In this document: one piece after another, positions 44,080 to 54,128 of the stretch
Numbering within the stretch: position 1 is the first letter of the stretch
Layout: the number at the start of each line of letters is the position of its first letter
IMG/VR virus record: IMGVR_UViG_3300017781_000010
Location: 1 to 57,079 of that record
DNA: 57,079 bases
Direction: 5' to 3' (one strand)
Source: a virus
Lineage: Duplodnaviria > Caudoviricetes
The notes under the pieces: model-generated
The model's database searches: none
The model's input: the letters and a program-made list of their open reading frames with translations, nothing else
What the model was told of the DNA's origin: nothing
Translations under genes and position numbers: made by a program

Positions 44080-47000
44080 TTATCCTAATACTAATACAAA
44101 TTCTAGTGCGATACCTTCCGCATCATTTCTACTTATTCCACCGCTTGAACCTGCAACACTAACCCAGTTTGTTCCGTCAAAGATTTCAACACGATCGTCT
44201 TCATTGTTGTACCTCATCATGCCTTCTTCAGCATTGATCGGTGCAGGTCTTTGAATGTTGTTACCAGTCGGTATTACAACACCACCAGTTCCAGCAAACT
44301 TATAGTATCCAGTTCCAGTTACATTGAAAGTTGTAATGCTATCTGATACTGTATTTGTAACAGAATCAGTATCAAATTTCATTTGGTCCAGTATAACTCC
44401 GCCTGTTCCATTTCCGGATAATACTAAGTCTGCATTAGTAGTTATCGTTTTAATCTCATTGCTGTCGATTTCTATATCATCAACAATTAACTTGTTTGTA
44501 CTAAAGCGTTGGCTAGTCAAATCTGCTGTTAAAGCACCTGCATTGTAGAATCTAATTACATTATCGTTTGCTCCAGGTGTTAATTCTACAGTAATTTTTG
44601 TATCACCGTCCCCATCTTGTAATCCATCATGCAATGATACCCATTGTCCGTTATATCCTTCAAAACTATTAGTGTCAGTGTTATAACGTAACATACCAGT
44701 TACAGGTGTACTGTTACGGTCTGCTGATGCGCCTTTTGGTAAAAGTACACTATCAATACTGTCAATTTTTAATACACCACTGCCTGGATTCAACACCATG
44801 TCTGCTGTACTGCTTATGATATTATTATTAAATTTAATATCATCTAGTGTTACTTTACCAGTACCGTTTGCTCTTAATTCTAAATCACTGTTAGATTGTG
44901 TTGTTGTAATAAAATTATCATCAATTAAAATATCGCCAGTGCTAAAACTATTTGCTGTTACTCTGCCCAAAGCATCTAAGTTATCTGCATTCAATACACC
45001 TTGTACAGTTAAATCTTTTTCAACTACAACATTATTACTTGGTACAATCACTGTACCAGTTCCGCTTGCTTCTAGTTCTAAGTCACTGTTAGATTCTGTT
45101 GTAGTAATTGTATTGTCGTTTATTTGTATATTGTCAAAATTAATTTGACCTTGCACAGTCATATTATTATTGATAGTTACATCATCAAATGTTGCTGTCG
45201 TACCAGTTACGTTACCTACAAAAGTAGTAGTACCGTCAACTGTTAAATTAGTTTTTGCAACAGTATCATTTAAGAATACAATACTTCCTGTGCCATTTGC
45301 ACGTAATTCTAAATCACTATCTGATAATGTTGTTGTAATATAGTTGTCATTAATTTCAATATCTTCAAATTGTACTTGGCCATTGATATTAAGTTCTCTA
45401 TTTACTGTTAAACTATTAGTTGTGTAAACATTACCAGATAAACTATTAAATTGTACAGTACCTGTTACATTCAAATCGCCTGTGATGTCTACATCGTTAT
45501 CAGGAAAAACAATTTTACCTGTTCCTGCGGCTCTTAATTCTAAATTACTATCAGATTCTGTTGTTGTAATATAGTTGTCATTAATTTCAATATCTTCTAA
45601 ATTAAGTTGCCCATTAAATGTTGCTGTGTTAACAGTTATAGTATCAGCAGTGATTGTACCGCTTGCGGCTAAGTTTGCAAATTGAGCAGTACCTGCCACA
45701 ACAATGTTTCCACCAACTTCTAAATCTGCATCAGGAAATACTACTCTTCCTGTGCCAGCCGCAGTAAGTTCTAAGTCACTGTCTGAATCAGTTGTTTGTA
45801 TTTTGTTTCCTGATATAAAAATATTTTCAAATTGCACACTATTGTCTACAATTAGTCCATCACGCACTGTAAGATTTGCGTTAATTGTTGTAGATGCACC
45901 AGTTTGGTTTATTGCGCCTAAAACATTTAAATTATTGTTTACTGTAACAGTATTGTTAAATGTTGCAGTGTCATTAGTAGTTAATGTTCCTGTTATCTCA
46001 ACATTATTATTAGGAACAACTACTGATCCTGTGCCCGATGCAACAAGTTCTAAATCACTATTGCTATCTTGTGCTGATATAGTGTTACCTTCAATTTTAA
46101 GATTACCGTTATCAAAATTGTTTGCGTAAATATTTTTCCAACGTTTTGTAGTTGTACCTAAATCAAAAGTATTGTCTGTGTTTGGTAAAATATCACTGTT
46201 TACATCTGAAGCAAATTCAACACTATCAGTATCTGCATCACCTATTGTAATATTACCGCCAAGTGTAAAGTTACCTGTGACTGCTAAGTTACCTGTGATA
46301 TTTGTATCTGCTTCAATATCAACAGTATTTGTTGCACTATCAATAACAAAGTTTTGTGTAAGTGTTTCAATAGTGTTTCCACTTAATCTAAAATCGCCTG
46401 TTTCAATTTTTGTTCCGTCGATAAATGTTACATTGCCACCTGTACCAAAAGTAATACCGTCTGGTGTAGTAATGTTTAAGTTAACAGCATCAAAAACAAC
46501 TTCGCCTGTTTCTTGATTTACATAAAAATTATCACCAACTCTAAAATCACCTTTATGGTCAACACTTGTAAATCTTACTTTAGCGTTATTAAGTTCTTCA
46601 ACTTCGTTTGCTTGTACTACTGTTGTTTCGTCGTTTGTTACTTCTTTACCGTTACCTATGTATGCAAAGTTATGTCCAATCAAATACATAATAACACCAG
46701 TGCCGTCTCCTACTGCACCTTTGTTACCATATACGTTTGCTGATCCTATTGATCTAATTTCAGCACCAAAATCAGTTGTATTGTATAAGTCTATAAAGTT
46801 AGCAGTTGCACCACCACTAAATGTTAAATTTTGTTTTACTTTAATATCTTCATTTATAGATGTATCATTTAAAGCACCGTCTAAATGTGTAAGGAACACA
46901 CAATTATTATCACCTACAATTTGTGATGTAGGAACTGTATATGTTGTATCAAGATATCTTGCACTATTACTAATTCTTATATCATCTATATGACCTGTAA

Positions 47001-48960
47001 AAAAGTTTGCTAAGTTAAAATTGGCCCCTATAAATAATGGCTTAGTTGTTCCGTAATTATTATTGTCTACGTATGTGCTACCAATTTGATTGCCGTCAAA
47101 ATACATTCTTGTACCGTTAGCAAATCTGCTAACTGCAACATGGTGCCAAGTATTTGCACTTATTGTTCCGCCATTTATAACTTGTGTATTTCCGTATTTG
47201 TATTTTAATGTTGTGCCGTCTAAATAAAAGTAAGGAGCAGTATCTGTTGCAATTCCTGCTCTCATATCAAAAATTGGTTGTTCACCAGTAGTTGAACTTG
47301 CATATATCCATGCTTCTAATGTAAAATCGTCTGTACCAAATCCAAAATTATCGTGTGCGCCAATACTTAGATAACTGTTAACACCGTCTAAGTTTAAACT
47401 TGATGTACCAAATTTCTTTATTGCAGTATTTAATTTTGCACTGCCTTTAAATGCTATTGCTTTTGATGTTCTTGTTGTTGCTTCTGTGATGCCCTGTACA
47501 TTACCTGCAATGTAAAACTTATCGTCGGCGTCTTTTCTATCAATAACTCCACTAGCAATTACAGTACTTCCGTCAATACTGTTTACTGCAAAAGTTTCTC
47601 CTGCACTAAATGATCCTGTAACATCACTTACTCTAAATTCTGTTTCGCCTGATCCTTTTAATCCTGTTGATCCGTTTGTAGCATAAAATCCTCTGTTAGC
47701 AAAATATGTAAAACTGTTTAACCATTCTACTCTAACACCATTCTTAACAGTTAGTGCATCAACTCCTGGAGTAATAAATGTTGCGGCGTGAAATAACAAA
47801 CTTGCTTCTTTTGAATCTGCATGTGCAACACTTCCGTCTAAGAACGCACCTTTACCAGCATCTCCTTGATTGAATCCTCTTGGATCACTTGCATTTGTAA
47901 CTGAGCCTTTTGTTATAACTGTTACGTTTCTTACATACGGACTACGAGAAGTTACTTTAAAGTTTGGTGCAAATTTAAATGCATAACCTACATCAGTACC
48001 GCTATTATAATAAAAATCTTGGATTGTTAAATCTTCTACAGTTGTCTCTCCATTTAAATGGAATACATCTTCTGAGTCTACACTATCAGGTTTGATAGTT
48101 ACACTTCTCATGCTATGACCTTTTACTGTTACTCCTGCTGGAATAACTAATGGAAGTCTTTCTTGGTATACTCCTGGATATACATGAATTGTATCTCCTG
48201 CTGTTGCATTTTGCAATGCCTTTTCAACAGTGAGATAAGGTGATTGTGGATGGTTTCCTGCATTATTATTACTGCCGTTTTCGCTTACATACAACGTATT
48301 AGCATGTCTAGTATTTAAACTTATACCAGATATATTTGCATTAGTTGTATTGATTGTTTGACCATTAACTGTGTCAGCGTGTACTGAATTCCATGCTTTT
48401 GTACTTGTACCTAAATTGTATGTACCGCTTGCATTTGGTATAATATCACTTGCTATTTCTGCATTAAAATCAATACTATCTGTATCTGCGTCACCTAATA
48501 TTATATTACCGTCAGCACTAATATTTCCTGTAGCATGTAAATTTCCAGTTACATTTGTATTTGCAAGTAATTCTATACTGCCTGTGCCATTTGTTGCAAT
48601 TTCTACGTTTGCGTTTGAATCTGTTGTTCTTATTGTATTATCGTTTATTTCAAAACTATCAACTATAAGTTTATTTTGGTATACGACTTGATCAGCGGTA
48701 CCTAAATCAATAGTTCCTGTGCTACTTGTAATATCATTATTTTCAATAGTAATATTGCCTGCTGTTAGTTTATCTAACACCAAGTTTGTAGTTCTAATAG
48801 TACCGTTAACGTCTAGATCGTGTTCTGGAGTTGCTGTATTAATACCGATGCGATTGTTAGTTACATCTAAGTATAAAAGGTCTGTCTCAAAAGCCAGGTC
48901 TATCCCATTTCTAATGAGATTTGACTTTAAGAGCGGACCGGATATGCGACCTATTGCCAT
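44080..48960 (-). CDS. Long fibre shaft protein (1,626 aa) with beta-helix region, LamG/concanavalin-like insert and 'SNSDLEL.A.GTG' repeats
   Basis: 'MAIGRISGPLL'; 'DFTLEAWIY...TWHHVAVSR...GHIDDIRIS'; about 10 repeats 'I..N.I.T..SDSDLEL.A.GTG.V'; paralog of 49102-53115. Confidence 0.75.
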   Translation of the reverse strand: MAIGRISGPLLKSNLIRNGIDLAFETDLLYLDVTNNRIGINTATPEHDLDVNGTIRTTNLVLDKLTAGNITIENNDITSSTGTIDLGTADQVVYQNKLIVDSFEINDNTIRTTDSNANVEIATNGTGSIELLANTNVTGNLHATGNISADGNIILGDADTDSIDFNAEIASDIIPNASGTYNLGTSTKAWNSVHADTVNGQTINTTNANISGISLNTRHANTLYVSENGSNNNAGNHPQSPYLTVEKALQNATAGDTIHVYPGVYQERLPLVIPAGVTVKGHSMRSVTIKPDSVDSEDVFHLNGETTVEDLTIQDFYYNSGTDVGYAFKFAPNFKVTSRSPYVRNVTVITKGSVTNASDPRGFNQGDAGKGAFLDGSVAHADSKEASLLFHAATFITPGVDALTVKNGVRVEWLNSFTYFANRGFYATNGSTGLKGSGETEFRVSDVTGSFSAGETFAVNSIDGSTVIASGVIDRKDADDKFYIAGNVQGITEATTRTSKAIAFKGSAKLNTAIKKFGTSSLNLDGVNSYLSIGAHDNFGFGTDDFTLEAWIYASSTTGEQPIFDMRAGIATDTAPYFYLDGTTLKYKYGNTQVINGGTISANTWHHVAVSRFANGTRMYFDGNQIGSTYVDNNNYGTTKPLFIGANFNLANFFTGHIDDIRISNSARYLDTTYTVPTSQIVGDNNCVFLTHLDGALNDTSINEDIKVKQNLTFSGGATANFIDLYNTTDFGAEIRSIGSANVYGNKGAVGDGTGVIMYLIGHNFAYIGNGKEVTNDETTVVQANEVEELNNAKVRFTSVDHKGDFRVGDNFYVNQETGEVVFDAVNLNITTPDGITFGTGGNVTFIDGTKIETGDFRLSGNTIETLTQNFVIDSATNTVDIEADTNITGNLAVTGNFTLGGNITIGDADTDSVEFASDVNSDILPNTDNTFDLGTTTKRWKNIYANNFDNGNLKIEGNTISAQDSNSDLELVASGTGSVVVPNNNVEITGTLTTNDTATFNNTVTVNNNLNVLGAINQTGASTTINANLTVRDGLIVDNSVQFENIFISGNKIQTTDSDSDLELTAAGTGRVVFPDADLEVGGNIVVAGTAQFANLAASGTITADTITVNTATFNGQLNLEDIEINDNYITTTESDSNLELRAAGTGKIVFPDNDVDITGDLNVTGTVQFNSLSGNVYTTNSLTVNRELNINGQVQFEDIEINDNYITTTLSDSDLELRANGTGSIVFLNDTVAKTNLTVDGTTTFVGNVTGTTATFDDVTINNNMTVQGQINFDNIQINDNTITTTESNSDLELEASGTGTVIVPSNNVVVEKDLTVQGVLNADNLDALGRVTANSFSTGDILIDDNFITTTQSNSDLELRANGTGKVTLDDIKFNNNIISSTADMVLNPGSGVLKIDSIDSVLLPKGASADRNSTPVTGMLRYNTDTNSFEGYNGQWVSLHDGLQDGDGDTKITVELTPGANDNVIRFYNAGALTADLTSQRFSTNKLIVDDIEIDSNEIKTITTNADLVLSGNGTGGVILDQMKFDTDSVTNTVSDSITTFNVTGTGYYKFAGTGGVVIPTGNNIQRPAPINAEEGMMRYNNEDDRVEIFDGTNWVSVAGSSGGISRNDAEGIALEFVLVLG
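45328..45597. repeat. Exact 39-bp direct repeat (45328-45366 and 45559-45597), 231 bp apart
   Basis: tgttgttgtaatatagttgtcattaatttcaatatcttc present twice; encodes EDIEINDNYITTT. Confidence 0.85.
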
Positions 48961-49067
48961 CTCTACTCCTTAACACGGGGATCCTGTCCCTCCAACCACC
49001 TTACATTGCGGGTTGACCACAGTATTAATAACCAAAGAATTTTAGGTCTGATTCTTTTGTTATACTG
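48961..49067 (-). ncRNA. Candidate structured 5' leader RNA of the 1,626 aa fibre gene
   Basis: About 107 nt between late promoter and ATG; stems CAGTAT..AAAGAAT/ATTCTTT..ATACTG, TCAACC/GGTTGG, GGGA/TCCC; locally GC-rich. Confidence 0.45.
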
Positions 49068-49075
49068 TATTTATA
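49068..49075 (-). promoter_or_regulatory. Canonical T4 late promoter TATAAATA
   Basis: Exact match in the intergenic region. Confidence 0.75.
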
Positions 49076-49101
49076 TGAATGTGGATAATATAATGACTTA
49101 G

Positions 49102-52100
49102 TTAGCCAAAGATAAGAATAAATTCATTCATTATCTCGTCCATTTCAGCGGCACTTACTGTAGCACCAGATCCCGAAGCATCTGTCCAACCACCAACTGA
49201 ATATACTTCTAAATATCCTAATGCGGCATTCCAACGTGATGTACCAATTTCTGGAGTAGTTGGTCTATTTGCACTTGTACCTGTAGGAATAACCCACGCA
49301 CTTGTTTGATTAAATTTAATATATCCATCTCCTGAAGCACTAATACTATAAGCATTGTCAGTGTGAGCAGTAAAAGTGTTATCAAGTACATGTAAATTTT
49401 CAAGTTGAACTTTACCTTGTCCTGCTTCTGGAGCAAGTATTAAATCGCTATTTGTATCTGTAGGTTGTATAGTGTTTCCGTCAATATCCATACCAGATGT
49501 TAATTCTAGTCGATTCATTGTTGTAGCACCGTATGATGTTGTCATACTATTAATGCTTTGTGCAGTAAATTCTATTTTGTTTCCTGGTCTAGGAGTTACA
49601 GATGTTTGTAAATCATCACTGTATAGTCCTGCACCTAACACTTTTTTAAATGTGTTTGTACGACCTACTATTTCATTTACATCTGCATTATATTGTATAG
49701 CACCAATATTGTTACTAAATGTGTTTGTGCTATCAGTTAAAGTCTTTGGTAATACAATACTATCTGTACTATCTATTTTTAAATTGGTAACAGGGTCTAA
49801 GATTATATCTGCAGATGAACTAGACTGCACAACATCATCTCTAACTTTTAATCCTTGTAAATCAATAAATGCACCACCAGATGTTCTAAGTTCTAAATTA
49901 CTATTAGAAACAGTAGTTGTTACATAGTTGTCGTTAAATTCTATATTACCGTCAGTTTCTAATTCATTAAGATCAACATCTCCTGCAATACCTATATTGT
50001 GTGCAGTAAGTGTACCATTTACTGTTAAATTTTGAGATAAGTTTGTGTTTTGCATAAAACGAACAACACCAGTTCCGTTTGCTCTAAATTCTAAATTACT
50101 ATCTGAAGATTTTGTTTGTATTTTGTTTCCAAAAATTTGTATGCCTTCCATAGTAATTCTACTAGGTGCAATAATGTTGTTTGTAACTGTTGCATTATCA
50201 AATGTAGCAGAAGGTGCTGTAGAAATACCTAAGTTTGTATTTCCTTCTATAGTAAGATTTGGTATTGTAACAAGTTCATCTAAAATAACATTGCCTGTTC
50301 CGTTGGCATTAAATTCTAAATCTGCATTACTATCAATTGTTTGTATCCTATTACCTGCTAAACTTATTGACCCAACTATTGCAGATGGTGCTGAGAAAAA
50401 TGTATTGATTGTTGCAAAATCTGCTGTAATATCTGTTGCATTAATGTTAGGTGCTACTCCACCGATAGTATTAACCGAAATACTTTTTTCTACTTCAACG
50501 TTTTCGTCTAATATAACTTTTCCTGCACCACTTGCTCTAAAATCTAAATCTGAATTTGATACATTAGTTGTAATTACGTTCCCTTCAATTACTATATCGC
50601 CGGCAATCATTTGTTCTAAAGAAATGTTATTTGTTATTAATCTATCACCACTTGTTTTTTCCATTGTTGCACTTGCAAAACTGTAGTTTGCACCTGGTGC
50701 TATAATTGTATTTTCTACTAAAACATCACTTAATATTTTTACTTTACCTGTGCCTGCAGGGGCCATTACTAAATTTGCATCACTTTCGTTTGTTGTAATT
50801 CTATTTCCTACAAAACTTGTTGTTCCTAGATTAGCAAACCCATCTACTTGTAAAAAAGGAGTAACAAGATTATTAAAAAACGAATCTTTACTTATAGTGA
50901 TATTATCTGTGACGTTTATATCGGAGGTTGCATCACCACTGTCTAGTGTACTGACATCTGTTTGAGTAAATGCTTGTCCTGTTGTTAAACTACTAAACTT
51001 AACGTTACCTGTTCCGCTTGCTACTAATTCTAAATCTTCATTAGAATCTTTTGTTGTAAGTCTATTACCTTCTATATCAAATATATCTGTTGTTAATTTT
51101 TCAGCATATGCAGTTCTCCAACTTTTTGTTGTTGATCCTAAGTTAAAAAGCGAATTTACGTTTGGAGTCATACCCGATGTTACATCGCTATTAAAACTAA
51201 TATTATCTGTATCAGCATCACCTAAACTAACTAATGATCCTGAAATAGTTGCATTTCCTGCTGTATCTAAGTTTCCTGTTATATTTGTATTTGCATTAAT
51301 ATTAACTGTGTTTAATGCTGAATCTACTTTTAAATTTCCTACAAGGCTTTCTAATTTATTATCTCTTAATCTTATAAAATCTGTTCTTACTCTGCTATCG
51401 TCTATTGTTACTGTTGAACCGCCTGTAACTATTGTTAATGAGTCTGTGTTGCTAAAATCAATACTTGCAGATTGTATTTCAGTTTTGCCTGTATCTTGAT
51501 TTACAAATAATGCACTACCAACTCTGTAATTACCTTGTTCATCTACAGTTGTAAAGTTTACTCTACCTGAGTTTATTTCTACAACTTCATTTTCATGTAT
51601 TGATAAAGTATCGTCATTTGCTGTGCTTTTACCTGTGCCTATGTAAGTAAAATTATGATTAATTAAGTATGCATTTGTTCCTGCACCGTCTGCTTTAATT
51701 CCAAATTCGCCGTAAACATTTGCACTACCAATCAAACGCATTTCTGCACCATATTGAATAGTTGAACCATCAGTGCTTAAATGTCCTGTTGAGCCTCTTT
51801 CAAGCAGTATACCCTGTTGAGCAAAGTATATAAAACTGTTTAACCATTCTACTCTTACACCGTTTGTTAACTTAACACTTTCTACTCCCGGAGTAATAAA
51901 TGTTACGCTATGGAATAGCATACTTGCTTCTTGGCTTGAACTAGTTACACTTGCTCCGTCTACTAATACACCTTTACCAGCATCTCCTTGATCATAACCT
52001 CTCGGATCGCTTACACTTGTTACACTACCTTTTGTAATTACTGTAATGTTTCTAATGTATGGACTTCTGCTTGTTACTGTTGCATTACTCTTAAATGAAA

Positions 52101-53115
52101 ATGCATATCCTGGGCTAAAGTAGTCTTGTATAGTAATATTTTCTATTGTTGTTTCGCCATCTAATAAGAAAGCATTGTTTGTGTTCGTTGCTACTGTTGG
52201 TTTAATTATAACATTACGCATATCTTCGCCAATAATTGTAACATTTGCTGGAACATTTAACGGAAAGACTTCTTCATACTCTCCTGCACCAATATGTATT
52301 GCTACAGGACCTTGAACACTAGAATCTACAAATGACAATGCATGTTTAAGCGTAAGAAACGCACCATTAGGATGATCACCAACGTTGCTGTCATTACCAT
52401 TTTTATCAACATAAAAAATGTTACCTTGTCTAGTTGTAATTTCAATTAATCCGTTTTCTAAATTAATACTGTTTCCGAGTATATTAGTTGCTTCTATTGT
52501 ATTAAAGTTTAATTGATTCCATTTAGAATAATTTGCTCCAAGATTAGATGAACTGTTTGCATCAGGAACAATGTTACTATGTATATCAGCATTTAGTGTT
52601 ACTGTGTCTGCTAAACGTGTGCTATCATCGCCAGTATCACCAAAAACTAAATTACCATCAAAAGTAATATTACCTGAAGCATTTAAATTACCTGTAACAT
52701 TTGTGTTGGCTTGTAGTTCAATAGTTCCTGTGCCGTTTGGTAAAAAATTTATATCAGAATTAGTTACATAAGAACTAATAGTATTATCTCTAAACAATAA
52801 TTGCTGAGTAGCAATACCACTAGAACGCACATCACTTTTAAAATTAATATTACCTGTTAGAACATTTATATCATTGTTAGATAATGTAAAATTACCTGGA
52901 CTTAATGAACTTGTACTGAGAAAGTTACCTTTGAGTGTATCAACTACATCTAATTCAAAGGCAGGGGAAGTAGTATTAACACCAATTCTATTAGTGCCAA
53001 CTTTTAATTTTAATAAAGGCGTATTGGCTTGTTGATTACGGAAATCAATATCTTTGCCTTGACGTTCGAGATTAGCCGTTAATAACGGACCGGATATTCT
53101 ACCTACTTGTGCCAC
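49102..53115 (-). CDS. Long fibre shaft protein (1,337 aa), paralog of the 1,626 aa protein without the LamG insert
   Basis: 'MAQVGRISGPLL'; 'RSPYIRNITVITKGS...DPRG..QGDAGKG'; 'SNSDL.F.A.G.G' repeats; GTG start with GGAG RBS. Confidence 0.75.
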   Translation of the reverse strand: MAQVGRISGPLLTANLERQGKDIDFRNQQANTPLLKLKVGTNRIGVNTTSPAFELDVVDTLKGNFLSTSSLSPGNFTLSNNDINVLTGNINFKSDVRSSGIATQQLLFRDNTISSYVTNSDINFLPNGTGTIELQANTNVTGNLNASGNITFDGNLVFGDTGDDSTRLADTVTLNADIHSNIVPDANSSSNLGANYSKWNQLNFNTIEATNILGNSINLENGLIEITTRQGNIFYVDKNGNDSNVGDHPNGAFLTLKHALSFVDSSVQGPVAIHIGAGEYEEVFPLNVPANVTIIGEDMRNVIIKPTVATNTNNAFLLDGETTIENITIQDYFSPGYAFSFKSNATVTSRSPYIRNITVITKGSVTSVSDPRGYDQGDAGKGVLVDGASVTSSSQEASMLFHSVTFITPGVESVKLTNGVRVEWLNSFIYFAQQGILLERGSTGHLSTDGSTIQYGAEMRLIGSANVYGEFGIKADGAGTNAYLINHNFTYIGTGKSTANDDTLSIHENEVVEINSGRVNFTTVDEQGNYRVGSALFVNQDTGKTEIQSASIDFSNTDSLTIVTGGSTVTIDDSRVRTDFIRLRDNKLESLVGNLKVDSALNTVNINANTNITGNLDTAGNATISGSLVSLGDADTDNISFNSDVTSGMTPNVNSLFNLGSTTKSWRTAYAEKLTTDIFDIEGNRLTTKDSNEDLELVASGTGNVKFSSLTTGQAFTQTDVSTLDSGDATSDINVTDNITISKDSFFNNLVTPFLQVDGFANLGTTSFVGNRITTNESDANLVMAPAGTGKVKILSDVLVENTIIAPGANYSFASATMEKTSGDRLITNNISLEQMIAGDIVIEGNVITTNVSNSDLDFRASGAGKVILDENVEVEKSISVNTIGGVAPNINATDITADFATINTFFSAPSAIVGSISLAGNRIQTIDSNADLEFNANGTGNVILDELVTIPNLTIEGNTNLGISTAPSATFDNATVTNNIIAPSRITMEGIQIFGNKIQTKSSDSNLEFRANGTGVVRFMQNTNLSQNLTVNGTLTAHNIGIAGDVDLNELETDGNIEFNDNYVTTTVSNSNLELRTSGGAFIDLQGLKVRDDVVQSSSSADIILDPVTNLKIDSTDSIVLPKTLTDSTNTFSNNIGAIQYNADVNEIVGRTNTFKKVLGAGLYSDDLQTSVTPRPGNKIEFTAQSINSMTTSYGATTMNRLELTSGMDIDGNTIQPTDTNSDLILAPEAGQGKVQLENLHVLDNTFTAHTDNAYSISASGDGYIKFNQTSAWVIPTGTSANRPTTPEIGTSRWNAALGYLEVYSVGGWTDASGSGATVSAAEMDEIMNEFILIFG

Positions 53116-53134
53116 TTATATTCTCCTGACACAG

Positions 53135-53142
53135 TATTTATT
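53135..53142 (-). promoter_or_regulatory. Late promoter AATAAATA
   Basis: Intergenic, upstream of the RBS and start at 53115. Confidence 0.6.
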
Positions 53143-53154
53143 TGAATTTTTGGA

Positions 53155-54111
53155 TTAACCTTCTTTGAACTTGATACGCACAGCACCGTCACCACCGCGC
53201 CATCCGTGATCTCTAACACCTGGACATGGATTAGCCGCTGGTCCACCTGTTCCGTATGGTACAAAGTGTCCGCAACCAATTTGTTCATAACACTGACATG
53301 CTCTGTTACCCATCCAACAACTACCGTGATAAACACCTCTTGATGGATTTCTACTTGCCGCATTCAATGCTAAACTAAATTGGTGGATTCCCATTCCTGA
53401 CCAACGTGAATATGGATTATCATCTTCAGTATTGTATGTGATCATAGCCCCGTCTTTACCAAACATACCTGATGGTGTTGCAACGTGATAGTATCTCATA
53501 CATGTACATGCTGGATAACATCCTAAGAAACTTGCACATGATTTCATTCCGCAACAGTTTAGATCTCCACCATAACTATTTGGAATAAATGCACCTGAAC
53601 ACTGGTTACATACTAGTCCACAGTTTGGACCTCTGTTTGTTGTACAAAAGCCGTTTGCTCTATAACAGCAATAAGCAGAAGGTGTAGTTGAGCAAAAACT
53701 AATTCCGCCTCTACCACCTTGTGTACATACACAACCATTGCTACCTGATGAGAACCAACAATACATAGTTGGCTCAGAACAACCTCTAAAACATAAAGAA
53801 CTTGCGTTACCGCATGACTTACCTAAACATCCACATACTCTTTGATCACTGGACATAGTAATAGTTTTTCTTGTGTATGCTGATGCGTTACCTGGTAAAC
53901 CAAATCCACAACAACACATTCTTGCACCTGATCCACCTGCTCCCCATGAGTCAATTTGTGCAGTACCATTTCCTGGTGCTCTAAAACAAAACCCGTTGCA
54001 CATCTTACTGTACATAGTTCCATTCATGTATGAGTAGACTCTACCCTCTTCAAGATTAATTTCTGTTTGTGTAAAGTTTCTACTACCTAGTAATGATTTT
54101 AACGATGCCAT
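53155..54111 (-). CDS. Cys-rich, Gly-rich-domain putative fibre-tip protein (paralog 3 of 3, 318 aa)
   Basis: 'IDSWGAGGSGARMCCC...CFRGCSEPTM...YCCYRANGFC...PCPGVRDHGWRGGDGAVRIKF'. Confidence 0.7.
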   Translation of the reverse strand: MASLKSLLGSRNFTQTEINLEEGRVYSYMNGTMYSKMCNGFCFRAPGNGTAQIDSWGAGGSGARMCCCGFGLPGNASAYTRKTITMSSDQRVCGCLGKSCGNASSLCFRGCSEPTMYCWFSSGSNGCVCTQGGRGGISFCSTTPSAYCCYRANGFCTTNRGPNCGLVCNQCSGAFIPNSYGGDLNCCGMKSCASFLGCYPACTCMRYYHVATPSGMFGKDGAMITYNTEDDNPYSRWSGMGIHQFSLALNAASRNPSRGVYHGSCWMGNRACQCYEQIGCGHFVPYGTGGPAANPCPGVRDHGWRGGDGAVRIKFKEG

Positions 54112-54128
54112 GTTTATGTCTCCTACAA

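Noticed and set aside
30328-54111. Diversity-generating retroelement acting on the Cys-rich paralogs
   Set aside because: No reverse transcriptase in the window, and I found no near-identical TR/VR pair differing only at adenines; the paralogs diverge throughout
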